64,000 nt of DNA from Longimicrobiales bacterium (GTDB lineage: Bacteria > Gemmatimonadota > Gemmatimonadetes > Longimicrobiales > Gaopeijiaceae): assembly GCA_965219445.1 (NCBI GenBank), contig CBDCNQ010000002.1, forward strand, positions 752,830-816,829, written 5' to 3'. Every line of letters starts with the position of its first letter. The first letter of the stretch is position 1. The notes under the pieces were generated by a model, which did no database searches, was not told where the DNA came from, and worked only from the letters and a program-made list of their open reading frames with translations. The position numbers and the translations under genes are program-made. Below are positions 9,828 through 18,084 of this stretch, piece by piece.

Positions 9828-10175
9828 TTAGCCCCCCTCATCATCCAGCTTTTTCTCGATATCGGCGACCCGCACGTCGAGCCGCTCCACAAGTTCCTTG
9901 AGCGTGTCAAATTCCTTCTGCCTGGCGAAATCGAGCGCTTCACGAGCTTCTCCGGCTTTTTCCTGCGCTTTCTCCAACGTACTCCGCATCACGTCCTTCG
10001 CTCGTTCAGGAGACAAGTCCCCACGTTCCCTTGCCTCTCTCAGGGTTTCTTCGATGGCATCCTTCATCGCCGCAAGCATGCCGAGCCCCTGACGAATTCC
10101 ACCCTTGATGCCCTCACCCCCCTCTCCTTCCTTCTTCGGCTCAGCCTCATCGTTCGCACCACTCTTCTCAGACAT
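9828..10175 (-). CDS. Small coiled-coil protein, phasin/PhaF-like (tentative)
   Basis: GGGAGG SD ahead of ATG 10175; GLGMLAAMKDAIEE...ERGDLSPERAK...KEFDTLKELVERLDVRV pattern resembles PHA granule-associated proteins. Confidence 0.5.
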   Translation of the reverse strand: MSEKSGANDEAEPKKEGEGGEGIKGGIRQGLGMLAAMKDAIEETLREARERGDLSPERAKDVMRSTLEKAQEKAGEAREALDFARQKEFDTLKELVERLDVRVADIEKKLDDEGG

Positions 10176-10231
10176 CATCACCTCCCTTGCTATGGGCACG
10201 CGGACCAGCAGTGTCCGATAACGATATCATC

Positions 10232-11515
10232 CTACGGGCCATCTTGACGCTCGATGCGCGCACCCAACGCTTTCAACCGCTCGTCGATCCTTTCATATCC
10301 CCGTTCGATCTGCGTGACGTTTTGGATACGACTGGTCCCCTCGGCTCCCAAGGCAGCGATCAGCATCGCCATGCCCGCGCGGATGTCCGGGCTTTCAAGC
10401 ACCGTTCCCTGAAGGGCCGAGGGCCCGACCACAACCGCCCTATGCGGATCACAGAGGATGATCCGCGCCCCCATCCCAACCAACTTGTCCGTAAAATACA
10501 TTCTGGATTCGAACATCTTTTCGTGAACCAGAATCGTGCCTGTGCACTGCGTGGCGGTCACCACCGCAATCGATGTCAAATCCGCCGGAAACGCGGGCCA
10601 GGGTCCGTCATCGATCTTGGGCACGGCCCCGAAGGCGTCGCTCGCCACTTTGCATGTGCGGTCCCCGTGGACCGTAAGCACATCTCCGTCCACACTCACG
10701 TCGACCCCGAGTCGCCGGAAGCCCAAAAGGGTCGAATCGAGATGCTCGACGGGAGCACCCTCCACCACAATCTCGCTCCCGGTGACCGCCGCGAGGCCCA
10801 TGAAGGATCCGGCTTCGATGTGATCGGCACCCACCGCAAACGTGGCGCCCCCCAGCTCAGGCACTCCGGAGATGTGAAGTTGGTGGGTACCAATCCCTTC
10901 GATTCGGCCGCCCATGGCATTGAGGAGATTGCAAAGATCCTGGACATGAGGCTCCGAGGCCGAGTTACGGATCAAGGTTTCCCCCTTGGCAAGCACCGCA
11001 GCCATGATGGCATTCTCGGTGGCCGTGACCGAGGGCTCATCCAGAAAGAAATCGGCTCCCCTGAGTTCCCGCGCCTCGATCTCGAATCCGCTAGCCAACT
11101 GTACGGATGCTCCCAGCGCCCTGAATGCCAGGAAATGAGTGTCCATTCGGCGACGCCCGATGACGTCGCCCCCGGGAGGCGGAAGGTGGACTCTCCCGAA
11201 ACGAGCCAATAGTGGCCCCGCCAAAAGGAGAGAGGCCCGAATTCGTTCGCTCAACGCCCGGTCCACAGTCCCCGACGAGACCGAAGAGGCATCGATCGTT
11301 ACCGCGTTCTCATCGTCCCAGCGAACGTCCGCACCGAGGGAGCTGACGATTTCCAAGAGGGTCACGACGTCGCCTATCCTGGGGATGTTCTGGAGCGTAA
11401 CCGGCTCCGACGCCATGACCGTCGCCGCGATCGCGGGGAGCGCAGAGTTCTTGTTGCCCGCCGGCGTGATGCTCCCGCTCAGCGAGTGACCGCCTTCTAC
11501 GATGTAACTGGGCAT
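10232..11515 (-). CDS. murA: UDP-N-acetylglucosamine 1-carboxyvinyltransferase (Asp-type active site)
   Basis: MPSYIVEGG...GNKNSALP, RASLLLAGPLL, PGGDVIGRR, SPDIRAG, IERGYE; likely start 11515 (AAGGAGG SD). Confidence 0.97.
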   Translation of the reverse strand: MPSYIVEGGHSLSGSITPAGNKNSALPAIAATVMASEPVTLQNIPRIGDVVTLLEIVSSLGADVRWDDENAVTIDASSVSSGTVDRALSERIRASLLLAGPLLARFGRVHLPPPGGDVIGRRRMDTHFLAFRALGASVQLASGFEIEARELRGADFFLDEPSVTATENAIMAAVLAKGETLIRNSASEPHVQDLCNLLNAMGGRIEGIGTHQLHISGVPELGGATFAVGADHIEAGSFMGLAAVTGSEIVVEGAPVEHLDSTLLGFRRLGVDVSVDGDVLTVHGDRTCKVASDAFGAVPKIDDGPWPAFPADLTSIAVVTATQCTGTILVHEKMFESRMYFTDKLVGMGARIILCDPHRAVVVGPSALQGTVLESPDIRAGMAMLIAALGAEGTSRIQNVTQIERGYERIDERLKALGARIERQDGP

Positions 11516-11655
11516 AGCCTCCTTACCGTGTCTGGGCCTCCCCGTCGCAACGTCATGGCGAGATCTTATCCCGGCTACACCGCCGTCGACGGACGCCAAC
11601 ATATTCCCCCGTACCCGAGCACAGCAACAATCGAGCCGCGGTGCGGGATGCTGCC

Positions 11656-11685
11656 TTGACACCCGGTGCGAGCCTAGCCTAGTCT
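11656..11685 (+). promoter_or_regulatory. sigma70-type promoter, probably giving a leaderless mRNA
   Basis: TTGACA-N18-TAGTCT ending 8 nt before ATG 11694; no SD. Confidence 0.6.
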
Positions 11686-11693
11686 GCGGGCCC

Positions 11694-12047
11694 ATGCACC
11701 TCCTGGTCGCTGTTCTCAACTCCCCCGATGATGTCGACTCCATCCTGGCGGGCTTTGTCGAGTTGGGAGTACGGGGTGCTACGGTGATCAACTCGGAGGG
11801 GATGGGCCGGGTGCTCTCCCACGACATTCCGATCTTCGCGGGGCTCCAAACACTTCTCAATCGGTCCGGGCCTGAGAACCGCACGATTCTGACCGTGGTT
11901 TCCGCCGATCTCATCGATCCGATCATCTCCTTGATCCAGGAGTGGTGCGGAGACCTGGAGAAGCCAGCGACAGGAATCATCTTCACGCTCCCCGTGGACA
12001 GAGTCGTCGGCCTGGCCAGGCTGGAACTGGGCGACAACCCGGAGTAG
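11694..12047 (+). CDS. PII-superfamily (GlnB-like) protein, non-canonical
   Basis: 117 aa; GVRGATVINSEGMG matches the PII G.T....GxG motif and ATGIIFTLPV matches the G.G.IF..PV C-terminal motif; no canonical T-loop YRGAEY. Confidence 0.75.
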   Translation: MHLLVAVLNSPDDVDSILAGFVELGVRGATVINSEGMGRVLSHDIPIFAGLQTLLNRSGPENRTILTVVSADLIDPIISLIQEWCGDLEKPATGIIFTLPVDRVVGLARLELGDNPE

Positions 12048-12055
12048 CGACGCTC

Positions 12056-13402
12056 GTGGATCCCCTACTAGCGACCCTCATTCTGATCTCTTTGGCGCTC
12101 GTGGGGGCCCGGTTTTCTTTTTCCACCGCCAACATCGCCGCCGGCCCCAGGCTCCTTTTCCGAACCGGCACGCACTTCATTGTCCTCGGATTCCTCGTGG
12201 GTCCTTCGGCCTTGGGCTTGGTTACCCGGGACGCACTCGAGCACCTCTTTCCTTTCTTCGCACTGGGATTCGGCTGGGTCGGATTCATTTTCGGAATGCA
12301 ACTCGAGAAGGACACGGTGCGTGCGTTCGCCGGCCATCTACACCGATTCGCCGCGGGGCAGGCCCTCCTCACCTTCACTTTGATGGCTACGGTGGGGCTC
12401 ATCGTTTTGCTGCCGTTCGGGCGCTTTGGTGGAGTGGAGGCCCTCTTGGTCCTCTTGGCCTCGGCGACCGCTTGCACATCCGCACCCGCCGGGATCGCCA
12501 TGGTGTCCTCTAATTTTCTGGTGCGCGGACCGGTCAGGGACATGCTCTTCTTCGCCGCCTCGGTCGACGGGATTGTGGGCATCATCCTGCTTCAGTTGAT
12601 CTATGCAGGCTTTCACCCGTCCGACGCGCTGGGCCCCTTGGGGGACCTCACGGTGTTGGTGTGGACGGTGCTGGCCATCTCGGTCGGAGTCCTGTGCGGG
12701 ATTATCTTCGTGTGGCTGTCCCGGGGCCGCATAGCGATTGAGGAGCTGGTCTTGTTCGTCATGGGGATCGCCGCTTTCGCCGCAGGCGCGGCGATGCAGC
12801 TCCGGCTTTCGCCACTCTTCGTCGCCGTCATCATGGGCGCCGTTGTGGCCAATCTGGTGCCAGACCACGGACGTGTTCTCCGAGTGCTGGCCCAGTGGGA
12901 GAAGCCCACGTACGTCATACTGCTGATCCTCGCCGGAGCGCTGGTTCAGTTTTCGACACCCTGGATCATCCCGCTCGGGCTGGCTTACGCGAGCCTCCGG
13001 GGTGGCGCGAAGGTGGCGGCGACGAACGCCATGATTCGCATTGAAACCCCACCTTTCCCCACTCCAAAGCTTCTCGGCTTGGGACTCACCCCGCAGGGGG
13101 GGATCTCACTTGTCATGGCGCTTTCCGCCCTACTGACCTTTTACGGTCTCCAGATCGGTGGCGTCGACGTGAGTCAGGGGCTGTTCAGTGTGGTTGTTCT
13201 CGGGGTCGTGTTGTCGGAGTTGGTGGGCCCCATGCTCACAACGAAGACCCTCCGGAGAGCCGGCGAAATTTCCTCCCTGGTAGAGAGTGCGCTCGCGCTA
13301 GGGGACGATGAAGGCGCGAGAGCGGCCGCGGAGAATCCTGGGCCCGAAACGTCGGACGGTACGGAAGACGTAGACGAGGGTACTAGAACATCCGCCTCAT
13401 GA
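12056..13402 (+). CDS. Cation:proton antiporter (Na+/H+ exchanger, CPA2-like)
   Basis: About 12-13 hydrophobic segments; LGFLVGPSALG, GFIFGMQLE, LRGGAK and GLGLTPQGG motifs; GTG start at 12056. Confidence 0.8.
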   Translation: MDPLLATLILISLALVGARFSFSTANIAAGPRLLFRTGTHFIVLGFLVGPSALGLVTRDALEHLFPFFALGFGWVGFIFGMQLEKDTVRAFAGHLHRFAAGQALLTFTLMATVGLIVLLPFGRFGGVEALLVLLASATACTSAPAGIAMVSSNFLVRGPVRDMLFFAASVDGIVGIILLQLIYAGFHPSDALGPLGDLTVLVWTVLAISVGVLCGIIFVWLSRGRIAIEELVLFVMGIAAFAAGAAMQLRLSPLFVAVIMGAVVANLVPDHGRVLRVLAQWEKPTYVILLILAGALVQFSTPWIIPLGLAYASLRGGAKVAATNAMIRIETPPFPTPKLLGLGLTPQGGISLVMALSALLTFYGLQIGGVDVSQGLFSVVVLGVVLSELVGPMLTTKTLRRAGEISSLVESALALGDDEGARAAAENPGPETSDGTEDVDEGTRTSAS

Positions 13403-13418
13403 GCTTTTACCTTTCGGC

Positions 13419-13958
13419 ATGAGGACTCGTTTGCTTTCAGTCTCGGTTTTGGCACTGCAACAGCCGGCAGCGGGCACCACAGCGACGTCCATTCAGGTCG
13501 CGGCGGAAATCTCCACAGTGGTAATCGCCATGGTGTCGATACTCCTCCTGATGGTCGCGCTCGCGCTGGCCTGGCATCTCAAGAAGCTCGTCCGGTCATT
13601 GCAGAACCACATCCAGCCGGTGGCGGAGCGCGCGCGCGTTGCAGCCGAGAACGTGGAGTACATCTCGGCCGTGGTACGGGACGACGTGCAGAGAGTGCGG
13701 GCGTCGGTTTCCGGCTTATCCGATCGTCTCCAAGAGGCCTCAGAGCGAATGGAGGAACGCGTCGAGGAGTTCAACACACTCATGGACGTGGTCCAGGACG
13801 AGACCGAAGCGGTTCTTCTCGATACCGCTGCCGTCGTACGGGGCGTTCGGGCCGGAGCGCGGACCATGGGTGAGGGTGTGGCCGACGTCGAGGACGACTC
13901 GGGGGCCGAGGAAGAGATGGGTGAGGTGATGGTCCGAGAAGCGCCCGAAGGAGCATGA
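13419..13958 (+). CDS. Membrane-anchored coiled-coil protein (DUF948/YoxC-like)
   Basis: Single TM segment followed by a long heptad-rich helix and an acidic tail. Confidence 0.6.
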   Translation: MRTRLLSVSVLALQQPAAGTTATSIQVAAEISTVVIAMVSILLLMVALALAWHLKKLVRSLQNHIQPVAERARVAAENVEYISAVVRDDVQRVRASVSGLSDRLQEASERMEERVEEFNTLMDVVQDETEAVLLDTAAVVRGVRAGARTMGEGVADVEDDSGAEEEMGEVMVREAPEGA

Positions 13959-14905
13959 AGAGCGCCGCTGCCCTCTGGGTAGCTCTGGCGTGGGTTCTCC
14001 TACAGCCCGAGCCGCTTTGGGCGTGGGGCCCGGGGACGCATATCGCCCTGGGCGAGGGTGTGCTGGCTTCGCTTTACCTGCTCCCCCCGGCCATCCGTGC
14101 GATTATCGGGTCCCATCCACTTCACTTTCTCTACGGCTCGATCGCGGCGGACATCTCCTTCGCCAAGAAGTATGTGCCCGAAGGCAGACACTGCCATCAC
14201 TGGCACGTCGGAGAGGAGATCCTGGCCGCCGCCGACCGCCCGAGACTCGGCGCGGTCGGCTACGGATATCTCGCTCATCTGGCGGCGGACACGGTGGCCC
14301 ACAACCTCTTCATCCCACGCCAACTCCTGACTACGAGCACGACCCAAGCACTTGGACATACGTACTGGGAACACCGTATGGACATCCATGTGGGCGAGGA
14401 TTATCTGACCAAGGCCAGGCACCTCGTCACGGAAAACGATCACTCGGAGGCCGACGCACTCTTCGATCAGGTGTTGAGCAACACGATCTTCAGCTTCCGA
14501 ACGAATCAGCGAATTTTTCGGGGGATGATTCAGTCCGGCGACAACGACCGTTGGAGACAGGTCTTCGACCGGGTGCTCGAAAGGTCTCGGTTCGATCTGC
14601 CTCCCCAGGTCGTTTCAGCCTACTACGCGCTCTCGTTCGAGTACGTCATCGACTACTTGGTCGCGGGAGCCGACTCCCAAGCCGCCAATCTCGATCCAAT
14701 CGGGGAGTTGAATCTGAAGCTCGCGAAGAAAGTGCGGCGCCTCGCTCTAGCCGGGGGCGGTGCGGCGGACGCGGCCCAGCTTCATGCGAGCGCCGACGAG
14801 TTTTTTCCCCTCCCCGAGGGCGACCTCGTCTTCTGGCCTCGCAGCGAGCGACCCGAGAGTCCTATTCGTCCAAGCGAGCTCGAAGCAACGCCGACAGCGC
14901 CTTAG
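13955..14905 (+). CDS. Zinc-dependent phospholipase C / S1-P1 nuclease superfamily protein
   Basis: Signal peptide then WGPGTH; GSIAAD, HCHHW, GYLAHLAADTVAHN and HTYWE metal-ligand pattern. Confidence 0.8.
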   Translation: MKSAAALWVALAWVLLQPEPLWAWGPGTHIALGEGVLASLYLLPPAIRAIIGSHPLHFLYGSIAADISFAKKYVPEGRHCHHWHVGEEILAAADRPRLGAVGYGYLAHLAADTVAHNLFIPRQLLTTSTTQALGHTYWEHRMDIHVGEDYLTKARHLVTENDHSEADALFDQVLSNTIFSFRTNQRIFRGMIQSGDNDRWRQVFDRVLERSRFDLPPQVVSAYYALSFEYVIDYLVAGADSQAANLDPIGELNLKLAKKVRRLALAGGGAADAAQLHASADEFFPLPEGDLVFWPRSERPESPIRPSELEATPTAP

Positions 14906-16292
14906 GATCGGCCCGACCCTGGGATTTTTGCATGGTCTGGCCAATGAAGTAACCGATGAGCCGCGTTTCTCCGGATCGGTACCGCTCGACCTCCTCGGAG
15001 TTTTCTTCGATCACGGCGTCCACCCATGCGTTGAGTTCGTCGGAGTCCTGGACCTGCGATAGCCCCTCCGTCTCGATGATCTCCCGTGCGGTCTTACCCG
15101 AATCGACCATCTGACCGAGCACCTTCCGGCCCATCGTGCCCGAGACCGTGCCGTCCTCGACCAGCCCGATCAGCTCGGCTAAGCCGGCCGGGGTTATCCC
15201 CAGGTCGTCCACCGACCGCTGAACGCGATTGGCCTCCTTGAGGAGGGGGCCCTTCACCCAATTGGCGGCAGCCTTGGCCTCGACCACAACCGCCACCAGA
15301 GCCTCGAAATAATCAGCCAGTGAACGGGAAGCGATGAGTACCTCCACGTCGCGGCTATCGAGATCGTGTTCCGCCATGAGCCGGGTACGCCGCTCGGCGG
15401 GCAGCTCGGGCAGCTCGGCCTCCAACCGGCTGATCCGTTCAGCGTCGAGCCGGAGCGGTGGAAGGTCGGGGTCTGGGAAATAGCGATAGTCGTGGCTCTC
15501 TTCCTTGGACCGCATCGACCGAAGGGTGCCGTCTCGTTCATCCCAGAGGAGTGTCTCCTGGACGAGCTCGCCACCTGCCTCGAGGATCGCGGTCTGCCGT
15601 TTGGCTTCGGCCACGACGGAACGCTCTACTGCGGAAAAGGAGTTGAGGTTCTTGACCTCCGTCTTCACACCGTACGCCTCGGCACTCTCGGGCCGGAGCG
15701 ACACGTTCGCGTCTACCCGGAGACTCCCCTCCTCCATGTTGCAGTCGCTGACGTCCAGGTATTCGAGTGTGCGCTTTAGCTCCTGCAGGAAGGTCCTCGC
15801 CTGAGTCGGGGAACGTAGGTCCGGCTCGGTAACGATCTCGATCAGCGGCACACCCGTCCGGTTGAGGTCCACCGCGGTTCCGCCGGAAAGGCGATCGTGA
15901 ATCGACTTCCCCGCGTCCTCCTCCATATGAATGCGGCGGATTCGGATGGGGTGGGCCGCCGCGTCGGAATCCACCAGAACAATTCCCTCGGTCGCCAGCG
16001 GCTCGGAGAACTGCGTTATCTGATACCCCTTCGGAAGATCGGGATAGAAATAGCTCTTCCGCGCGAAGACGCTCACCTCGTGCACCTGACAATCCAGACC
16101 GAGTGCCGCGACGATCGCTAGATCGACGGCCTCGCCATTGAGCACTGGGAGGGCCCCCGGAAGACCCAGACAGACCGGGCACACCTGGCTGTTGGGAGGA
16201 GCACCGAAGACCGTAGCATCGGAACAGAAAAGTTTTTCCGCCGTGCGGAGCTGCACGTGTACCTCGAGGCCGATCACCATCTCCCAGCTCAT
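14862..16292 (-). CDS. gatB: Asp-tRNA(Asn)/Glu-tRNA(Gln) amidotransferase subunit B
   Basis: VIGLEVHVQL, YFYPDLPKGYQITQ, HMEEDAGK, MRSKEESHDYRYFPDPDL. Confidence 0.98.
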   Translation of the reverse strand: MSWEMVIGLEVHVQLRTAEKLFCSDATVFGAPPNSQVCPVCLGLPGALPVLNGEAVDLAIVAALGLDCQVHEVSVFARKSYFYPDLPKGYQITQFSEPLATEGIVLVDSDAAAHPIRIRRIHMEEDAGKSIHDRLSGGTAVDLNRTGVPLIEIVTEPDLRSPTQARTFLQELKRTLEYLDVSDCNMEEGSLRVDANVSLRPESAEAYGVKTEVKNLNSFSAVERSVVAEAKRQTAILEAGGELVQETLLWDERDGTLRSMRSKEESHDYRYFPDPDLPPLRLDAERISRLEAELPELPAERRTRLMAEHDLDSRDVEVLIASRSLADYFEALVAVVVEAKAAANWVKGPLLKEANRVQRSVDDLGITPAGLAELIGLVEDGTVSGTMGRKVLGQMVDSGKTAREIIETEGLSQVQDSDELNAWVDAVIEENSEEVERYRSGETRLIGYFIGQTMQKSQGRADPKALSALLRARLDE

Positions 16293-16322
16293 TCGGCCTC
16301 CCCCGTCGAGCGCCATCCCGGC

Positions 16323-17753
16323 TCAATCATCGGAATCTCCGCCCGCCAGAGCCGCTTCCAGAGCGAAGGCCGCGCGAAATAGCGTCGCCTCGCCCCACAG
16401 GGGGGCGATCAATTGGCCACCCACCGGAAGTCCATCCGAGGAGCCGATTGGAACCGAGATCGCCGGGAGTCCGGCGAGGTTGGCCGTAACGGTGAATACA
16501 TCGGCCAGGTACATCTGGAGGGGATCCTGGACCCGTTCGCCCAACGGAAAGGCAACGGTCGGTGACGTGGGTGTGAAAAGGACGTCGACACCGCCGCCGA
16601 ACACGGTCTCGAAGTCGCGAGACACCAAGCCCCGCACGCTTTGAGCACGCCCGTAGTATTGATCGTGGTAGCCCGCCGTCAGGGCAAAGGTACCCAGAAG
16701 AATCCGGCGCTTGACCTCCCGGCCGAAACCCGCTGTGCGCGTCCGCTCATACATCTCACCCAGATTTTCCCCTGCGATGTCCCGCACGCCATACCTCACA
16801 CCGTCGAAACGGGCGAGGTTGCTGGACGCCTCGGCGGTTGCGATCACGTAGTACGCCGACAAGGCATACGCGGTGTGAGGCAGAGAAACCTCACGGATTT
16901 GGGCGCCGTTCGCCTCCAGTGCGGCGAGCGCCGCCTGGCAGCGCGTGTCTACGCCGGGATCCAACGCGTCACCGAAGTACTCCGCCGGTGCTCCCACGAC
17001 GAGGCCCTGGGCGCCCGCGTCGCGCCCCTCCGAGAAGTCCGGCACGGGCCGATCGACCGACGTTGAATCCCGGGGATCGTGACCCGCTACGACCTGGAGG
17101 AGCTCGGCCGCGTCTGCCACGGTGCCTCCAAACATCCCGACCTGATCCAGAGAAGACGCGAAGGCTACCAGCCCGTAGCGACTCACCCGACCGTACGTGG
17201 GCTTGAGCCCGACCACGCCGCAGAAGGAGGCTGGCTGGCGAACCGACCCTCCGGTATCGGACCCGAGAGCCCCCGGAACGATGCCCGCAGCGACCGCAGC
17301 GGCGGATCCACCGGAGCTTCCGCCCGGTACCCGGGCGGGATCATGCGGATTGCGAACGGGCCCGTACGCTGAGTTCTCCGTCGAAGAACCCATGGCAAAC
17401 TCGTCGAGGTTGGTCTTCCCTACGATTACGGACCCCTCCTCCCGGAGTCGCCGCACCACGGTCGCCTCGTACGGGGGACGATAACCCTCCAGGATCTTCG
17501 ACCCACACGTGGTGGGAAACTCCAGGGTAGCCAAGTTGTCTTTCACGGCAATCGGGACACCAGAGATCCGCCCACCCTCCCTTGGGACCTCCAGCGACGA
17601 AGCCTCGACATCCGACAGTGCTGCGAGAAAGGCGTTCAGCCCCCGCGACCCTCCGTTCTGCTCAGTGAGCCGGGCAACGGCCGTCTTGGCCGGTTCCGCC
17701 GCGTCCACCCGTCCCTCCCGGACCGCCTCGGCTATGGAGGCGATGTCACTCAT
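16323..17753 (-). CDS. gatA: Amidotransferase subunit A
   Basis: GKTNLDEFAMGSSTENS, PGGSSGGSAAAV, GSDTGGSVRQPA, SSNLARFDGVRYG. Confidence 0.98.
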   Translation of the reverse strand: MSDIASIAEAVREGRVDAAEPAKTAVARLTEQNGGSRGLNAFLAALSDVEASSLEVPREGGRISGVPIAVKDNLATLEFPTTCGSKILEGYRPPYEATVVRRLREEGSVIVGKTNLDEFAMGSSTENSAYGPVRNPHDPARVPGGSSGGSAAAVAAGIVPGALGSDTGGSVRQPASFCGVVGLKPTYGRVSRYGLVAFASSLDQVGMFGGTVADAAELLQVVAGHDPRDSTSVDRPVPDFSEGRDAGAQGLVVGAPAEYFGDALDPGVDTRCQAALAALEANGAQIREVSLPHTAYALSAYYVIATAEASSNLARFDGVRYGVRDIAGENLGEMYERTRTAGFGREVKRRILLGTFALTAGYHDQYYGRAQSVRGLVSRDFETVFGGGVDVLFTPTSPTVAFPLGERVQDPLQMYLADVFTVTANLAGLPAISVPIGSSDGLPVGGQLIAPLWGEATLFRAAFALEAALAGGDSDD

Positions 17754-18070
17754 GGAGAGTCCCCCGGATCGTCCGGCCCGCCAAGCGACGGAGGAGAGGG
17801 CACCACGAAGAACTCCTCCCTGAAATCGGGAGCCGAATCAGCGGGAGGGTGAGCCATCGGGTCGGGGAGGATTTGGCCGGGCTCTCGCTCCGGAGCTTTC
17901 GAGGGGCCCAGCCCGAGTCGCTCTCCTTCGGGCACCCGTAGGGAGGCGAGCAGATCAAAGTATTCCAGAATCTGGTTCAAATCCTGGGACAGGTCCTCGG
18001 ACTCAGCGTCTGTGAGTCGGAGTCGGGCCAGAGTCGCAATCTGGAGGACCTCTTCGCGGCTGATCGACAA
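17750..18070 (-). CDS. gatC: Amidotransferase subunit C
   Basis: MSISREEVLQIATLARL...FFVVP; directly upstream of gatA. Confidence 0.93.
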   Translation of the reverse strand: MSISREEVLQIATLARLRLTDAESEDLSQDLNQILEYFDLLASLRVPEGERLGLGPSKAPEREPGQILPDPMAHPPADSAPDFREEFFVVPSPPSLGGPDDPGDSP

Positions 18071-18084
18071 TCTGGTCGCTCCCC

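Noticed and set aside
11516..12037. 174-aa N-terminal extension of MurA in the ORF track
   Set aside because: Antisense to the PII-like gene; MurA homology and the SD begin at 11515
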